Below are positions 1 through 14,200 of a stretch of DNA of 64,000 nt, in pieces; position 1 is the first letter of the stretch; each line of letters begins with the position of its first letter. The notes beneath the pieces are model-generated. The model did not search any database. It saw only the letters and a program-made list of their open reading frames with translations, and was not told the origin of the DNA. The DNA is from Laetmonice hystrix (lineage: Eukaryota), in NCBI GenBank assembly GCA_965235115.1, contig OZ249443.1:18910001-18974000 (forward strand). Reading direction: 5' to 3'. Both the position numbers and the translations under genes were made by a program.

Positions 1-3000
1 ACTCCAGAGGTCGTTAGGACGGTCCTCTCCTAGAAGGTCACCAGAGGTCGCGCACGGTCACAATAGGACGAACTCCATCTCTCCACAAACAGTTTCTGGC
101 AGAGGTTCACCATCAGAGGAGAGCCTGGTGGGAAGGTTATCAGGGTTAGCCTTCACAGGCTCGTCAACAGTGTCCCAACAAAGGTCACGGCTGCAACACA
201 TCACACGGAACCCATCAGAGAAATCTCGGTCTTTCACAGAGACCCATGGCAGCCCATTGAGAAACAGCCCCGCGATGGAGACCCATGGCAGCCCATTGAG
301 AAACAGCCCCGGGGTGGAGACCCATGGCAGCCCACTGAAGAACAGCCCCAGAATAGAAGCCCATGGCAGTCCGCTGAAGAACAGCCCCAGAATAGAAGCC
401 CATGGCAGTCCGCTGAAGAACAGCCCCAGAATAGAAGCCCATGGCAGTCCGCTGAAGAACAGCCCCAGAATAGAAACCCATGGCAGGAAGCAGGAAGCAG
501 GCCTGGTGGCCATCGCAGACCATGGTCCTTTCAAGGACGCTGACATAAAATCAAGAGTTGATTCAGAGGCAACACAACAGCTTCAAGTAGATGATGTGGA
601 AGATGAATCAAATGAATCTGAGGGTGGAGAAAGTACAGAGGATACAGACCTGTCTGTGTCCACAGGGACTCTCATTCTGAGTGGGCCCACCTCCTCTACT
701 ATCATCCACAACACTGTCGGAACTGGTCCCGGTCAGATCTCTGGAGCAGTCTTACCCAGTAACATTCTCAACAGCAATTTGAATGGACATGTTTTAAAAA
801 CTTCAAGTTCTAGTCGAACCCAACAGCGGAGTATTTCCACAGGATTCTGTGATGACCAAAGCACCTCTTCCAGCTCCTCCTCCAGCAGCTGTAGTGACCT
901 CCAGGCAGAACCCTCAGGTGGCTTCCGTTCAGGACCTTATGCATGTCACTCTCCAGACATGAGATCATCACCGTCTTTGACGTACAGAAACACAGTCGCC
1001 ATAACCCTAAATGATCTGTCATCAGAACGCAAAAACTTGCGTGGAACAAATGTCAAATCAGGCCACGAGGAAGACTCTATAGAAAACACTGTCAATCATT
1101 GTGAATCAAATCCCAACTCTACCAATGGATCCAAACCAGACCAGAAACAGGTCAGTCCTCCATCAATCCAAGTAAGCGGGAACTTGTGTGATGGCTTGGA
1201 GAAAGGTGTCCAGGCAATGTCGAGACCAACCGTAACACAAGGCCAAGGGTCTGACGAGGATGTCATATGGTGCTCGGCACACGTGGCACGACACTGTTTT
1301 GATGATGATCCCGAAACAGACTTCCTCTGTCAAAGCTGTGACCAGTAAGTGTTCAGGATAACAACACAAATTCACCCCCCAAAAATTAGGTTCATAACCT
1401 AAACACAAAGGGACTGTGAAGCATATAGGATTGTTCAAAAAACATTGAAAGTCCATAAGGGTAGAATGTGGAGCATCTCTCCATCCTTTAATATCGCCCT
1501 TCAAAAAGTGAGAACAGACACCTATGAATATGATCTGATGGTCATAGGTTGGAATTGGATTGTAATTCTGTATATTTCTGTAGTTCTGGTAAGGCAGGGT
1601 CAGTATTTGACATAAGGAATTTTGGATGTTTGTTGCTCACAGAATATTGTACTAAAGTAAAAGGTATTGATTGGTTGTATTGAAGGCAAAATTAACAAGA
1701 CGTCTTGAAAAGCTTTTTAAACTCCGTGAAAGAACCTGATGTGGTAGCCAGGAAAGTTTTCTTTGTGGTTACTTGTTTTGTTCTGATCCGAGAAGGAACA
1801 CGGGAAGGTACAATCTGTGGGATGATGTCAGTTTGTGTCTCGAGGGAAATTAACAAAGTACTGCTGTGCTGTAAATTATTGATCGCATCACCTTGGCAGG
1901 AGAAGGTTAGCGTGAGTGTGAGAAATGAGCAGCACAATCTGAAACCGGAAAACAACCTGATGGAATGTTGCTCCTCATGCTTCTGCGATCATCGGTTAAC
2001 AGTGGTTAACATACATTATAATGACCGTATTTATCATCAACGTTTTATATACTTGCTGAAAAGCTTTGAAGCATTGTAACAAGAACTGCCTGCCATGTTT
2101 CCTGATTCTCTATGGTCTTTGACATTATCACTGACAGAAGACCATGGCTGGAGGAGATCTGTTAGTATCATCTGGTTGGGATAGATGGAATCACCCAACA
2201 AAAAATGAACTGATAATCTTTTTTTGTCAAAACTTGACTTGATTTGGAACTCAGGGGAGATTAGGGTCCTGTACCCCCTGTTTTTTTATGTTAATGGCCT
2301 GACTTGACCGTATGAAATGCCCCTGACCAATCGCTCACTCTGGGCTGGCCTTAGGTTACAAGCAGAGCTGGAGACGGCCAAGAGGCGCCATCTGGAAGAG
2401 ATGGAAAAGAAGCTAGAAAAGGAGAGAAGTGTCGCTCAGCAACAGTTAGCACTAGAAATGGAACGGAAGAAACGTGAGGCTGACCAGGAACTGAAACGTC
2501 AACGTCATCAATACGAGGAGAGACTGGCTGAGTTAGAACGCATGCTGGTAACTAAGGCTTTCTCATTTACTGTATTACATGGAACTGAATGATTCATATA
2601 GCAACCCCTCCCTGAGTAAAATAGATTTAAGTATGAAACGTTCTATGGGAAATCAACTGCTGATATTGTTTGTGTTTGACCTTTAAACACCCTCCTCACC
2701 ATTTAGATACAAAAAGGGTATTTCCCTGAAAAATCCATATTCATAAGATAATTTTAAAATCCCATCTGAATTTGGTTTCCGCAAGTGTAGAAAAGTTTGG
2801 AATTTTAGTATATCTGTCTCATGTACAATACGTGTAGGATTAGCCTAGTTTAGTGCCTCTTCTATGACATATTTAGCCTCTGAACCTGGAACTAAGGAAT
2901 GAGCAGCTGTGGTTTGTGTTTCAGCAAGAACAGAAGCAGGAGCACCTGGAGACGGAACACGACCGGCAGGCAGCCCAGGGTCGGATCGAGAGGCTGGAAA

Positions 3001-6000
3001 AGGAGAAGCATCTCCTGGAAACGGAGGTGCGCACCAAGATGGAACGCCTGAAGGAAGAGGCCCTGAAGTCTCAGAAGGTTAGTCACTTAACACTCCCAGA
3101 TGTATACGCAGTGGTGTCACTTAGCCTGAGATCTAGGAGATACCTATCACTCAATGTCAACAATTGTTTCTTTTCTGACAGAAAACCCAGATATTCATTC
3201 CTAAATCTACCGGTAAACAAACCCAGTTTGCCTGAGATATATATGCAGGGGTGGCCGATTTTTTAAATAGATCACGTGCCACAAGAGAAGTGCCACCATA
3301 AAAATCCACTTGGCCAGCTCTGACATCCACATGCCTGCTAAACTTGTTAATAAGTCTGTGTTGGGTCAGAGCACTAGCCATTGGGCTATTGTCTTTGGTC
3401 TGTTAGACTTGCCCAACCATTTTTATGAACTTGCCCCGGGCGTCGAGCGATAGGAATCGGCCATGCTGAATATGATTAACAGTTCGGTCTGGACTTTTTG
3501 GTATAGATCATGGCTGAGTCAAGACAACAACACTCAAGGCTTGTTGTCCAGCTGGAGCAAGAACAACAGAAGATACAAAAGGATGTTGAACAGATTCGCA
3601 TGAGGAGAGGGGCAACTCCAAACACACCCAGACTGACTCCGGCGAGGACTCCTGTGACGGAGAACGCACGGACGGACCTCTACCGTCAAACCCTTCTATT
3701 GAGGGAGGCCAATAAAATTAGCCAATGTTTCAAGAAAGATGTGGTCAGTATGACAGCTTGTTTAATGTCGATTAATGCATCACATAATTATATCTAGAAA
3801 GTTAATGATAAATGAAAACTGAAATACAATATTTTATAGACTGTATCTATCAAAATTAGGAAGTAATGCTAATTTCTGACAGTGGATAGGAATGGTCTAA
3901 AAAGTACTGAAAAATCAAAATCAGAATTCAGTGGGAGCCCTGGTTAGCCATTCAAGAAGAAAAGCCAGTTAGTTACCAGGTGCCAGGACTGAGACTGATG
4001 GCTATGTTATACAGGTGTACAGTCGTGAGGAGGTCAGGCAGGGCGAGGACATGCAGACACTGATAAAAGTCACCAACACAAAGCTTGGTATCTCAACCTT
4101 CTGGCCCATGCGCAAATTTGAAGCTCGCCTGCTCCATATGAGGGAACTCTTCCAGGTCAGTTAACGATCTTGTCATGAAAAGTTTGGGTACAGAAGGGAA
4201 AAAAAATCATCAGTGCAAATCTATAAAGAAAAGTGATATAAGATTTCCTTTCTGATTTTGCATCATTAGTACCTAATGGGCGAGCTTTATGTCTAAAAGA
4301 TTGCAGTGAGTATTTTAAATAGCATGGGACTAGTGTTTAAATAGCATGGGACTAGTGTTTAAAAACCATGGGACTAGTGTTTAAATATTATATTATAGTG
4401 CTGTTAAAATATTGCATTTACAAACACAGAGTTGTGACCCCGATCTCAACTCCGGTGAAGCTGATGAGGTATTTAACGACATGAACGACACATGGGAAAG
4501 AGCAGACCGTGGGATATCACCTAAAGTGTGAGTACTTCCCGACAGCCTGACCTGGTACTTCTTTAAATGATTTACAGCAAAATCAGAAGACCTAGGCATA
4601 ATTATTTCCTCTTGGTAGGTGATGGGTTATTTATATAAAATTCGTGAAAGTCAAACTTAAAAAGTATTGTTTCGAGATTGACCTGTATTAGTGTATACTA
4701 CTGTGTGAACGACTCATGTTACTAATTGGCCATAACAAATTAACATGACTTTTCCTTTCCAGTTTACAGAGCCTTAAGAAGTCTGCAGGAAGAGGCTCAA
4801 ACTCATGCATGTCATTTAGCTCGGTCTCAAGTGTAGACAGCCTGGATTCTGACCTTAAGTTTCCGTCGCTGAACATGGAGAACCCTGACCAATCAACCAT
4901 CCAGGAGGGGCCCTCGGTAATCAGCATGTGTCGAGATTTAATTTCAACTGCACTAAATAGGTTCACAGGTGAGTGTTGTTTTGATCATACAGTAGTCAAA
5001 GTCTTAGAGTAACGGTACTCTAAGGTTTTGATCATGTTTTAAGTCTCACAACTTACAGCAGACCCTGCCAATAAACAAGAGTGATTGCTCCTGCTCCCAT
5101 AAATTTGAAAATGCGAGTACAACTGTCATGTGGATGTCTTGAAATCGACTCGTAATCCACTCAATAAAGATTCGTACATGGGTAAATAAACCATGCACTG
5201 GAGGCTTAACTTCCCAAGGTATGATTTTCCTTACACGTTTTCGAGTCGGGAACGGGAGTGGGTTCCGGTACCCCGTCAACTCCCCTAACATCACATACGG
5301 GAGCGATTGATGACTCCTGCACTCATATCGTAAAGCAGGCACTGTTACAGCATATTATTCCTGCTACTCCGTTATCTTCTAAATGCATAAGAAACCAAAC
5401 TGGATCAGGATAATTTTTTGTATTACTTTCTTCTGTAAACGGATACTTACGTTATTTCATTTTGATGGTGTCATTTGTTCTTCAGAGGTGGCGCTGCAGG
5501 AGAGTGTTGTTGACAAAATTCTGTGCCATTGTGAGGTCCTGAAACATGCCATAACATCAATGTTAGAATCCTTCAACTTGGCCTCAGAGTCTCCACTGAC
5601 CAAGGGTAAGTCCCCAGTCCTTTAACTTCCAGTCAAGAGTACATGTAATTTGAAATTACATTACATTACATTTTCTTTAAATTTAATTTTTAATATTAAA
5701 GCAGACAATGCACTAGATTCTGATTCTATACTTGAACGTTGCCTATTCTGATATTGGTTGTCCTGTTGCCAGGTGAGTTCCTGGGTTCTACAGTGATGCA
5801 GGTGAGCAGCATTCAGCTGGCATCGCACATGGAGATCGTACTGACCCAGTGCACCCTCTGGGTGGGGTCATACGAAACACTTACCTCGGGGCTCGTCCGT
5901 GACCTCTGCACCCACATCATGTCAACGGCTCGCAAGTTAGGAACGCAACTGGTGCTTTTCCTGCAGGTCAGTGTCTGGTTCCCATCAGAAAACACTTACA

Positions 6001-8068
6001 TCAGTTGATGAAGTCCATTTACTGCCCACCTTCGGATGGAATGATAAATAACATGCCGCTAGCATTGTTATATATTTAACCTTTATGTTCAGTTGAGAAT
6101 TAAGGTTTGACACCACATTTGAACATCTTTGAAACCCCCATATTTTATATTGAATTTTGATCTGTAAGCATTGAGTATTTCTACCTGATGAACAGGGTTG
6201 TGAGAACGATATCGACACACTGGTCCAGGAGTCGGCTGGCCAATCACTGAGCAGTCTCTTCACTCTAAGCAAACACTGCGGTGAACTGGCTCTTGCCACT
6301 GAGACTGCTATGGTGTGTTTGACCGACACCAGAGGGAGCATGGGAGGAGAGGAAGAGGACGAGGAGCAGACAAAGATAAAGGTAACATAAATTTTGAGGT
6401 CATTGGGTCATTGTCTGAGAGTGAATTTCAGATTTTGCATCACTTCAAATTCTAAAGAAGATCTTTTGTTTTAACTGGCATCATTTGATCATTTTTCTAA
6501 AAGAGTGAAAAGGAAATGATCCCTGCTCTTCCCCCCCCCCCCAGCGTCTGGAGAGTCCCTGAATATTTGAGAGATTCGTCTCCTTTATAGCAGAGTCTTT
6601 ATGCTAAATCTTATGCCAAACAGTGGCTAGGTTGAGAAGATGACTAGAAGAATGATGAACTATACTAGATGAACAGCAATTATTTGAATGGAATTTTTTT
6701 CTCAGGTCAGCCATGACATTCGTCAGTCGTTCCTGTCAGGTTGTGACCTGTTCATTGATAAGACGTTAGAAGGTGGACTAAGGACTGTCCAGGAACAAAT
6801 GTCATCTGTTCAGGCTCTAGCTGACGACAGTGAAAACATGACGGTTAGTACGACACTTTCAAGGCCATTTCTAATTTTTAATAACATTGAAGTTGGTTAT
6901 CGGGAATATTGGGTCTATTGGGAAATTCTCAGCATTGATTATTTTAAAAATGCTCAAGAAACATTTAGAGCTACAAACAGAATCCCAGTACATACAAATA
7001 TAAATGTCTCTGACTCCGTGACTGCAGGAAAGCATGGAGGAATTTGTCTGCCAGGCGGCAGTGGTCACGGGACATGGGAAGGACATGCTGAAGAAATGTC
7101 GCCAGATGCAGGTGAGCCTTGCAGTCTCATTATTAATCTTGTAGTATGAGACTAACTCAGATTGTGAGAGGTTTAAAAATAAAAATAAGAGATAAATCAT
7201 AACTCATGAAGAGCAGATCCATAATATGTGCATGAGACACAGTGCGCCTATTATAAAATGTGGCCGACATTTTGCATAGTGCGTTCTTCCCGACTATTAC
7301 TCACAATACTTCTTTCTACATTTGTAGAGTGATCTAGACTTAACGCTCCGTGATAGTTTGACGGAGTCCAAACCAGAGTGGTACTACAGTCGCAGCTTTA
7401 GACGATCTCAGAGTCTGGTTAGCCACATCAGTAACCTAACGGAAACAGTCACTCACCTCGTTCAAGCGACACGGTCCTACACCAAAGGTAAAAACAATCA
7501 CTACTCTGCTTATTGGTTTGTTAGTTGATATAGTGACACAGATGTCATCACTAGATAAAATATAAGTTTCCTAGGTTATTCCCTTTAACCGGTATATTAA
7601 TCAGAGAATAGTATGTGATTTAATTATGTTGCGGTACGATTACTCCCTATTATTTTTTTAGGGACCGATGCAACAGCTTTAAGAAAGGTGTGTCGCATGT
7701 GTGAACTCCTGCAGAAGTCCACCTCCAAACTTCTGTCATCATCAAATATTGATCCAGTGGCAAACAGCAGTTTCAACGAGAGTGCTTCCAATACTTCTGA
7801 CACGTCAGTGTTGTCAGAAAGTCGCAGGGAGGAATTAGAGGCTGCTGCCTGTGAAGTAAAAATGTCAGCCGACTCTCTGATTAGTCTCACTAAGAAACAT
7901 GAAGCTACAGGGTGTGTTCAAACTATGGAAGCTCCGAGCCGCAGTAAACGCCTGCTTCCGTCATCACCAGTGACAGGTAGTGGTGTGACAAGAAGGGACT
8001 CTCTCAAGGAGGCTAGCAGCCATCGGAAGGTCCAGGCACTGAAGAGAGCTTTCGAAAACACTTCATAG
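1..8068 (+). CDS. KIF14: Kinesin-3 family KIF14-like, C-terminal part (5' end outside window)
   Basis: Phase-consistent exons: 2355-2547, 2925-3077, 3507-3743, 4015-4155, 4430-4527, 4763-4968, 5486-5605, 5773-5966, 6196-6381, 6706-6843, 7028-7111, 7328-7487, 7662-8068 (TAG). Peptides LLLREANKIS and KVTNTKLGISTFWPMRKFEARLLHMRELFQ match the recalled human KIF14 IQEANAIS / VRNLKLGISTFWSLEKFESKLAAMKELY. A large open exon at <1-1344 (donor GTAAGT at 1345) is phase-compatible with 2355, but its inclusion is less certain. Confidence 0.85.
239..484 (+). repeat. Coding 39-bp tandem repeat, 6 full copies plus a partial (13-aa unit E[TA]HGSPL[RK]NSPxx)
   Basis: Units start at 239, 278, 317, 356, 395, 434 and 473 and lie in frame in ORF 128-1348. 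Confidence 0.95.
3246..3468. mobile_element. Possible hAT-like MITE in a KIF14 intron
   Basis: Imperfect TIR CAGGGGTGGCCGATT vs reverse complement CAGCATGGCCGATT; internal ACTTGCCC repeats; flanks tatatg/aatatg (imperfect 6-bp TSD). Confidence 0.45.
4314..4386. repeat. 22-bp tandem repeat x3 (tttaaatagcatgggactagtg)
   Basis: Three direct copies plus a partial, visible in an intron. Confidence 0.9.
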
Positions 8069-9951
8069 CACTAAACACAAAATATCTCAGTATCCTGTAT
8101 CCTACAATATTTGGATGAAACGGTGGCTATACAAAATGGGAGAACATGAAAGTGTGAGCCGTTTCAAACATTGATACAAGAGTTGAGAAGGGTGCAACTG
8201 CCAGCTGAATGCAAACGACCTTTAACTGCTTTTGTCTCATCAGGAAAAATAAAACCAGCAACCTTGGAAAATATGTACATGTACTTCAAAAACTTCCCCA
8301 GAAAGATGTTCAGTGAACCTCCTACACCTTTGGTATTTTTGATAAGACGATATGTAAGCAGTTTATAATCATTCCTATTAGTATTTAATATTACAGTAAC
8401 TTTCATATAACTCTTCCTACCACTATGTGGATAAGGTTTGGGAATTTGTCCTAATGATGGCAATTACCGGGTTGTTCTGATATGCATGGCATGAACACCG
8501 CGGTGCTCCCCAGAAAGTAACCTTTGCATGTGAGTATAGTGTTAAGTATTCATGTTATTGTATATAATGCTAATGCTACCTGGTGAGTAGATCTCGGAAT
8601 CAAGGGTCAGGAGAGCAAGCCATATTCTGTATAGGTTACCTGACAATGTAAATAACTGGAGGATTGTAGGAATGAATGACAAGATGCTAGTTTATATGTA
8701 AGGGGCTTGCTGCAAATACCACAGGTCAACAACTGTAAGATATGACTGTGATAATATGCTACCATGTAGATAACCCACTGTTGTACAGAAGTGTAGATTT
8801 AGAAGTTCTTGTATTTCTATGGTATCAAATTTAACGTCAGGTTTAGAGTCAATCAGATGCCTGTGTAAGTGTGTAGGACTGAGTGTATGCTAAATGAAAT
8901 ACGTTTAATAATTAACATGGTTGAAAGGATAATTTGCACACATTTTGTTCCATGGGCCACTGACATTTAAATGTCGGCAGGGAAGAGTTCAAAGGAAAAT
9001 ATAATGGCTTGGCAGTTTTTGAGTAAGCCACCTTGAAATGTTTCTGATTATGTACAGAGAAAAGTTCCTATTAGGTCATAAAGTGGAATTTGTAATTTGT
9101 TATCAACCATGCATTATAAGCAGGTCAGCAGTGTATCGACATGACCTTGTTGTTTTTCAGTGCCCTATATAATTTATATAATTAATTGCTATTAGCAGTC
9201 ATATACAGAACCTTGCTATTTGGTACTGACCTGCACAACTGAAATCTACAGATATGTGCTATTTGGTGACCTGCACAACTCTACAGATGTGTGCTATTTA
9301 ATTCTGATGTGTATATTCTCTAGTCTTGCTTCAAGCAGTATATTATATTCATGTACTGGTACTTCAAATTCTTATAAAAGAATTTACTAATGCATGAATA
9401 GTAATCAACTTACTTTCGTCATATTTATTATAGTAGTTTATTTAGGAAATTATTTAAGGTAGACGGGCGGATTAGACTGAAAATAATATTAAGTAATTTA
9501 AAGCCCGAGTCCACTTAAAAAGAAAGGGTGGTTCAACCTGTGTCAAGTACAAAAAAATATATATAAAAAACGAAAAATACCACAAAAAGGGGTGGGAGTC
9601 GACCCCCTCCCTCCAAATCCGCATATGCATGATTATGCCGACACTTTTTGGCTTAGAAACTGGCTTTGCAGACGTTCTCTCCAACGGCAATGGGCAACAT
9701 GGGCGAAATGCGGCAGCGCCGGCTGGTGGGAATTTTGAGAAACCTGAAGCAGATATCACCTCGTTAGTCGACTACAGTACATGACAACACAGGTCCACTA
9801 TGAAGGATCAGTTCGGCTTTTGAGGTGATATCTTTTTTAGACATGCAATTATCCTTACCCTTTGTTTTAGTGAAGTGAGTTAGTTTGAAACTCACGCCGG
9901 TTACGCCGCTGCTCAGGCTTTGGCCTCCGACAGACGCGCATTTGTTGGCCT

Positions 9952-10033
9952 GGTTCCCCTGCCCACCGCTAGGCTTCTTGGCGCTGATGGTCGCTCATCA
10001 GCGCCAAGGAGCGTAGCGGCGGGCAGGGGAACC
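9952..10033. repeat. GC-rich inverted repeat, 38-bp arms with 3 mismatches and a 6-nt loop
   Basis: Arm 1 ggttcccctgcccaccgctaggcttcttggcgctgatg pairs with arm 2 catcagcgccaaggagcgtagcggcgggcaggggaacc. Confidence 0.9.
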
Positions 10034-11265
10034 TGCGCATTTGGCAAAAACTGCTGCCGTCTGGCTTTAAGCTGACTAGTACGTTTCCAAGAATTCCCGC
10101 CAGTAGGCGCTACGACACGAGTACTGTGTTAGCCCAGGTGGTGCTGGGTTGGGTAAATCTCCTGAGAGAGCAGTCCTTACGATAACGGGGGGCAACAGGA
10201 TGGTCAAGGGGGGGGGGGGGGTATTAGAAAAAGCGGGGTCCTACACCGATCCTATAATGGCAATAGTCTGCCTAATGTTCTATTCCTGTTGCCAAATATT
10301 TACAGGAGAGAAGCGCGACGGTAGGCCTGTGCTCCAAATTCTCAGGACATGAATCAATGGACCTTGAATTCTGTCAAATTCACAATAATGATTTGGGTTA
10401 CTTTAAATTTGGCATCTTATTGTTCTATGCAATGTCTCCTGTATTTACACTCGCCAAGCAGCAGATTCTGAAAAATCAAATTTACCCCCTCACAAGCAAA
10501 AATTATTTGGTCCAAACATTGTTATATTTGCATGCAAGACACGAGCCGTGTGGAAGGAACCTGTCTAATGTCTGTCATGGTGCAGATCCTATGGATATTG
10601 CTGTACATGTATTAAGCGACTGCATTTACTGTCATGAAAAAATAAAAATCTAGCACTTTGCAAATTTCTTCTTCACTTATTTATCTCAGCGACATGTTTT
10701 GTCAGCTACCTTCACAATACCTTTTATCTTGAATTCTAATATATATACGGTAGATAAAAAATTGACAAATGTAATCAAGCTTAGTAAAATGTAATAGAAA
10801 GAATACATATCCAAATTTAAGGGCAAGAGCATAAGGCATATGCATCTAAGAATTTCGCAAGCATTTTTTTACCTTTAACCGACTGCTATTCACTCAATCA
10901 AGCACTTTTGAATTTTCAAGTCCAAAAGTGCATCTGGTAAAACAGAAATCGCCTAAATCGGTACAGGAGATATGGCAATCTTCATACCAACTATCAATGC
11001 TTCTGCATAGAGTGCGTCAACTTAGCAATCCCAAGCTTCCAACATTCCTCATACCATGCGAATCAACTCCTTTCAGTAGGTAAATATTCCTTGCTTTGAT
11101 CATATTTCTTCAAGGGTTATTGGGCAGGAAATGGGACCCCCCCCCCAATAAAAACAACTCTGGCTTTGTGTTTGACTGTTTCTTTATTACAGTCTTTCCC
11201 TGATGTCAATCAGGTTCACGTCATTTACAGCACATCTTTGTACAAGTCTATGTGTTGGTTCACGA

Positions 11266-14200
11266 TTACGCCTTTACTGCAAACTTCCTTTGAGGGTACA
11301 AGCGTTCTTTGCGTTGCTGCTTGGCTGTCTTGATAGACCTCTCGTGCTTGGTGAGAGCCCTTCGAATGGCACGGGTTTTCTTTGGTCGCAGATCCTTGGG
11401 CCTGTACTTTTTGTTCTTGTAGAACTTACGGAGGTTCTCCTTCTGTGTCTGGTGAATGACGGTGTACACACGGGCGATCGACTTGCGCACGATGTGACTG
11501 AAAACATTAATCAGTCAGTTCAGTTTTAGAGTTAGCCAACCTGTTTTGCTTTATAAATTACTTGGCTATTCCTACAAAGACAAATGACAAGAAAAAGAAA
11601 CCTTGGGATTTGGTATATACAAATTATACTTACATTTTGCTCAGTTTCGAGGCAGCACCACCGGTAACTTTGGAAACTCTTAGAGTGGAGAGCTCCTACA
11701 AAGATACAAAACGTTCGAATAAATTACAATTTCTAAGGTGCTTTTTTTCTTAAATGGACTGATATGAAATCACGGTCTGTATATAAGGCTTTTTAATTCA
11801 AAATAAAAAAATATGTCCATTGGCATTTGCTCAGCTCGTTTCTTAATAATCACAAACTTTTTCATGGGATTGACAGATTATATAGATTTACATCATTGCA
11901 AACCACCATGTAATAGACACTTTGGTAATCATATCTATCTATATTAATGTATTAATATATTTGTACCGTGTATGACCATAAATAATAAATCCTACATCTT
12001 TCATTATAAATTACACAGTTTGTGTAATACGAGGGCTATCCCAGGTTTTGATTTCTCAGAGTAGATCGATGACCTTCCAGATTCCAAAGAGCTATAATTC
12101 TACACCATATGATCATATGTAAAAGGATTAGCATGATTTCTCTGTCTCAAATAGTACAAGATTATCTTTCTGTCTGTTGCTGTTTGCTCAGGTCGTTTCT
12201 TCATAATCACAAACTTTTTCATGGGATTGACAGATTATATAGATTTACATCATTGCAAACAACCATGCAATAGACACTTTGGTAATCATATCTATCTATA
12301 TTAATGTATTTGTACAGTGTATGACCATAAATCTGAATATATTCTACACCTATCATTATAAATTACACAGTTCGTGTAATAAGATGGCTATCCCAGGTTT
12401 TTATTTCTCAAAGAGTAGATTGATGACCTTCCAGATTCCAAAGAGCTATAATTCTACATCATGTGGTATTGATGTAAAAAGGATTAGCATTTCTCTGTCT
12501 CAAATAGTACCAGGTTATCTTTCTGTCTCTTGCTGTTTGCTCAGGTCGTTTCTTTAAATGAACAATCACAAACTTTTTTCATTATATAGATTTACATCAT
12601 TGCAAAACACCAAGCAGTAGACATTTTGGTACCACATCAAATTTATATGCATGAACGTCAATAGTGTATGACTAGAAATATTCTAAATAAATTCTGCCCC
12701 TTCTTAATTACAGTTTATTTGGGCTCAAGAGGGCTCGCAAAGGTTTTGATTTCTCAGAGCAGATGACTTTCCAGAATAAATAAAGCTCCTTCTACACTAT
12801 GTGGCATGGATCATATGTACGACAACTATAAGACAATGACAGGACAAAGTTAAAATGTCTTGCTGGTGTTGGACCATAATTTGCTGTTGAAGCACCATAA
12901 CTCTCCATTAAGAACACTTAAAACAATTTTTACATCTAATCTGATTCTCAGGTTTGCTCAGGTCTTGATAGTTTTAATCACAGATGGTCATGGGATTGAC
13001 AGATTATAGACTTGACATCATTGCTTATCCTGAGAAATTTTAATGACTGATCCACTAAGAATTATTTAAATCAACCACTCTGTTCACAAACTGTTTTTCA
13101 TTATATAGATTTACATTGATCATTGCAAACAACCAAGCAATAGACATTTTGGTACATCAAATGTATATGCATGAACGTCAATAGTCTAAATAAATTCTGC
13201 CCCTTCTTAATTACAGTTTATCTTGGGCTTAAGAGGGCTCTCAAAGGTTTTAAGGTATTGATTTCTCAGAGCAGATGTATGACTTTCCAGATTAAATAAA
13301 GCTCCTTCTACACTATGTGGCATGGATCATATGTAAAAGCGCATGCTAATATTTAGGTTTCTCCTGTCTCAAATACATAGTACTATGGTTGTCTTATGTC
13401 TTGACATTTGCTCAGCTTGTTTTCAATTAATCACATTTTTCATGGGATTGACAGATTATATACATTATTACATCACAGCAAATATAGAAATGTCATGTTA
13501 ATAATCCTGTCTAGACTAATCCTATCTATACTTGCTTACACTGCAATTTGACTGATGGTGCTTTCACCCTAGAGTACGACAACTATAAGACAATGACAGT
13601 ACAAAGTCAAAATGTCTTGCTGGTGTTGGACCATAATTTGCTGTCAAAGCACCATAACTCTCCATTAAGAACACTAAAAGAATTTTTACATCTAATCTGA
13701 TTCTCAGGTTTGCTCAGGTCTTTATAATTTTAATCACAGGTGGTCATGGGATTGACAGATTATAGACTTGACATCATTGCTTATCCTGAGAAATTTTAAT
13801 AACTGATCCACTAAGAATGATTTAAATCAACCGTTCTAAATGGTTTGATGCTATATCTGGATGTCTAAAACAAATTTAACTAAGCAGTTGCAATAGGTTT
13901 GTTAGCAGTTTGCAGTTAGCAACCTCTTAAGTCAAAAAGTCTGCTACTGACTTTTTACATCTAATCTGATTCTCAGGTTTGCTCAGGTCTTGATAGTTTT
14001 AATCACAGATGGTCATGGGATTGACAGATTATAGACTTGACATCATTGCTTATCCTGAGAAATTTTAATGACTGATCCACTAAGAATTATTTAAATCAAC
14101 CACTCTGTTCACAAACTGTTTTTCATTATATAGATTTACATTGATCATTGCAAACAACCAAGCAATAGACATTTTGGTACATCAAATGTATATGCATGAA

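Noticed and set aside
58-546. Minus-strand hydrophobic repeat ORF (LPWASILGLFFSG)n
   Set aside because: Antisense shadow of the 39-bp coding repeat.
1692-2079. ORFs 1705-2079 (+) and 1692-1955 (-)
   Set aside because: No recognisable homology and no convincing splice sites; lies in a KIF14 intron.
13550-13660. ATGGTGCTTT...AAAGCACCAT inverted repeat (also ~14570-14675) as an H/ACA snoRNA or miR-29-like hairpin
   Set aside because: Only 10 bp pair; no two-hairpin fold with H box and ACA; no extended miRNA stem.
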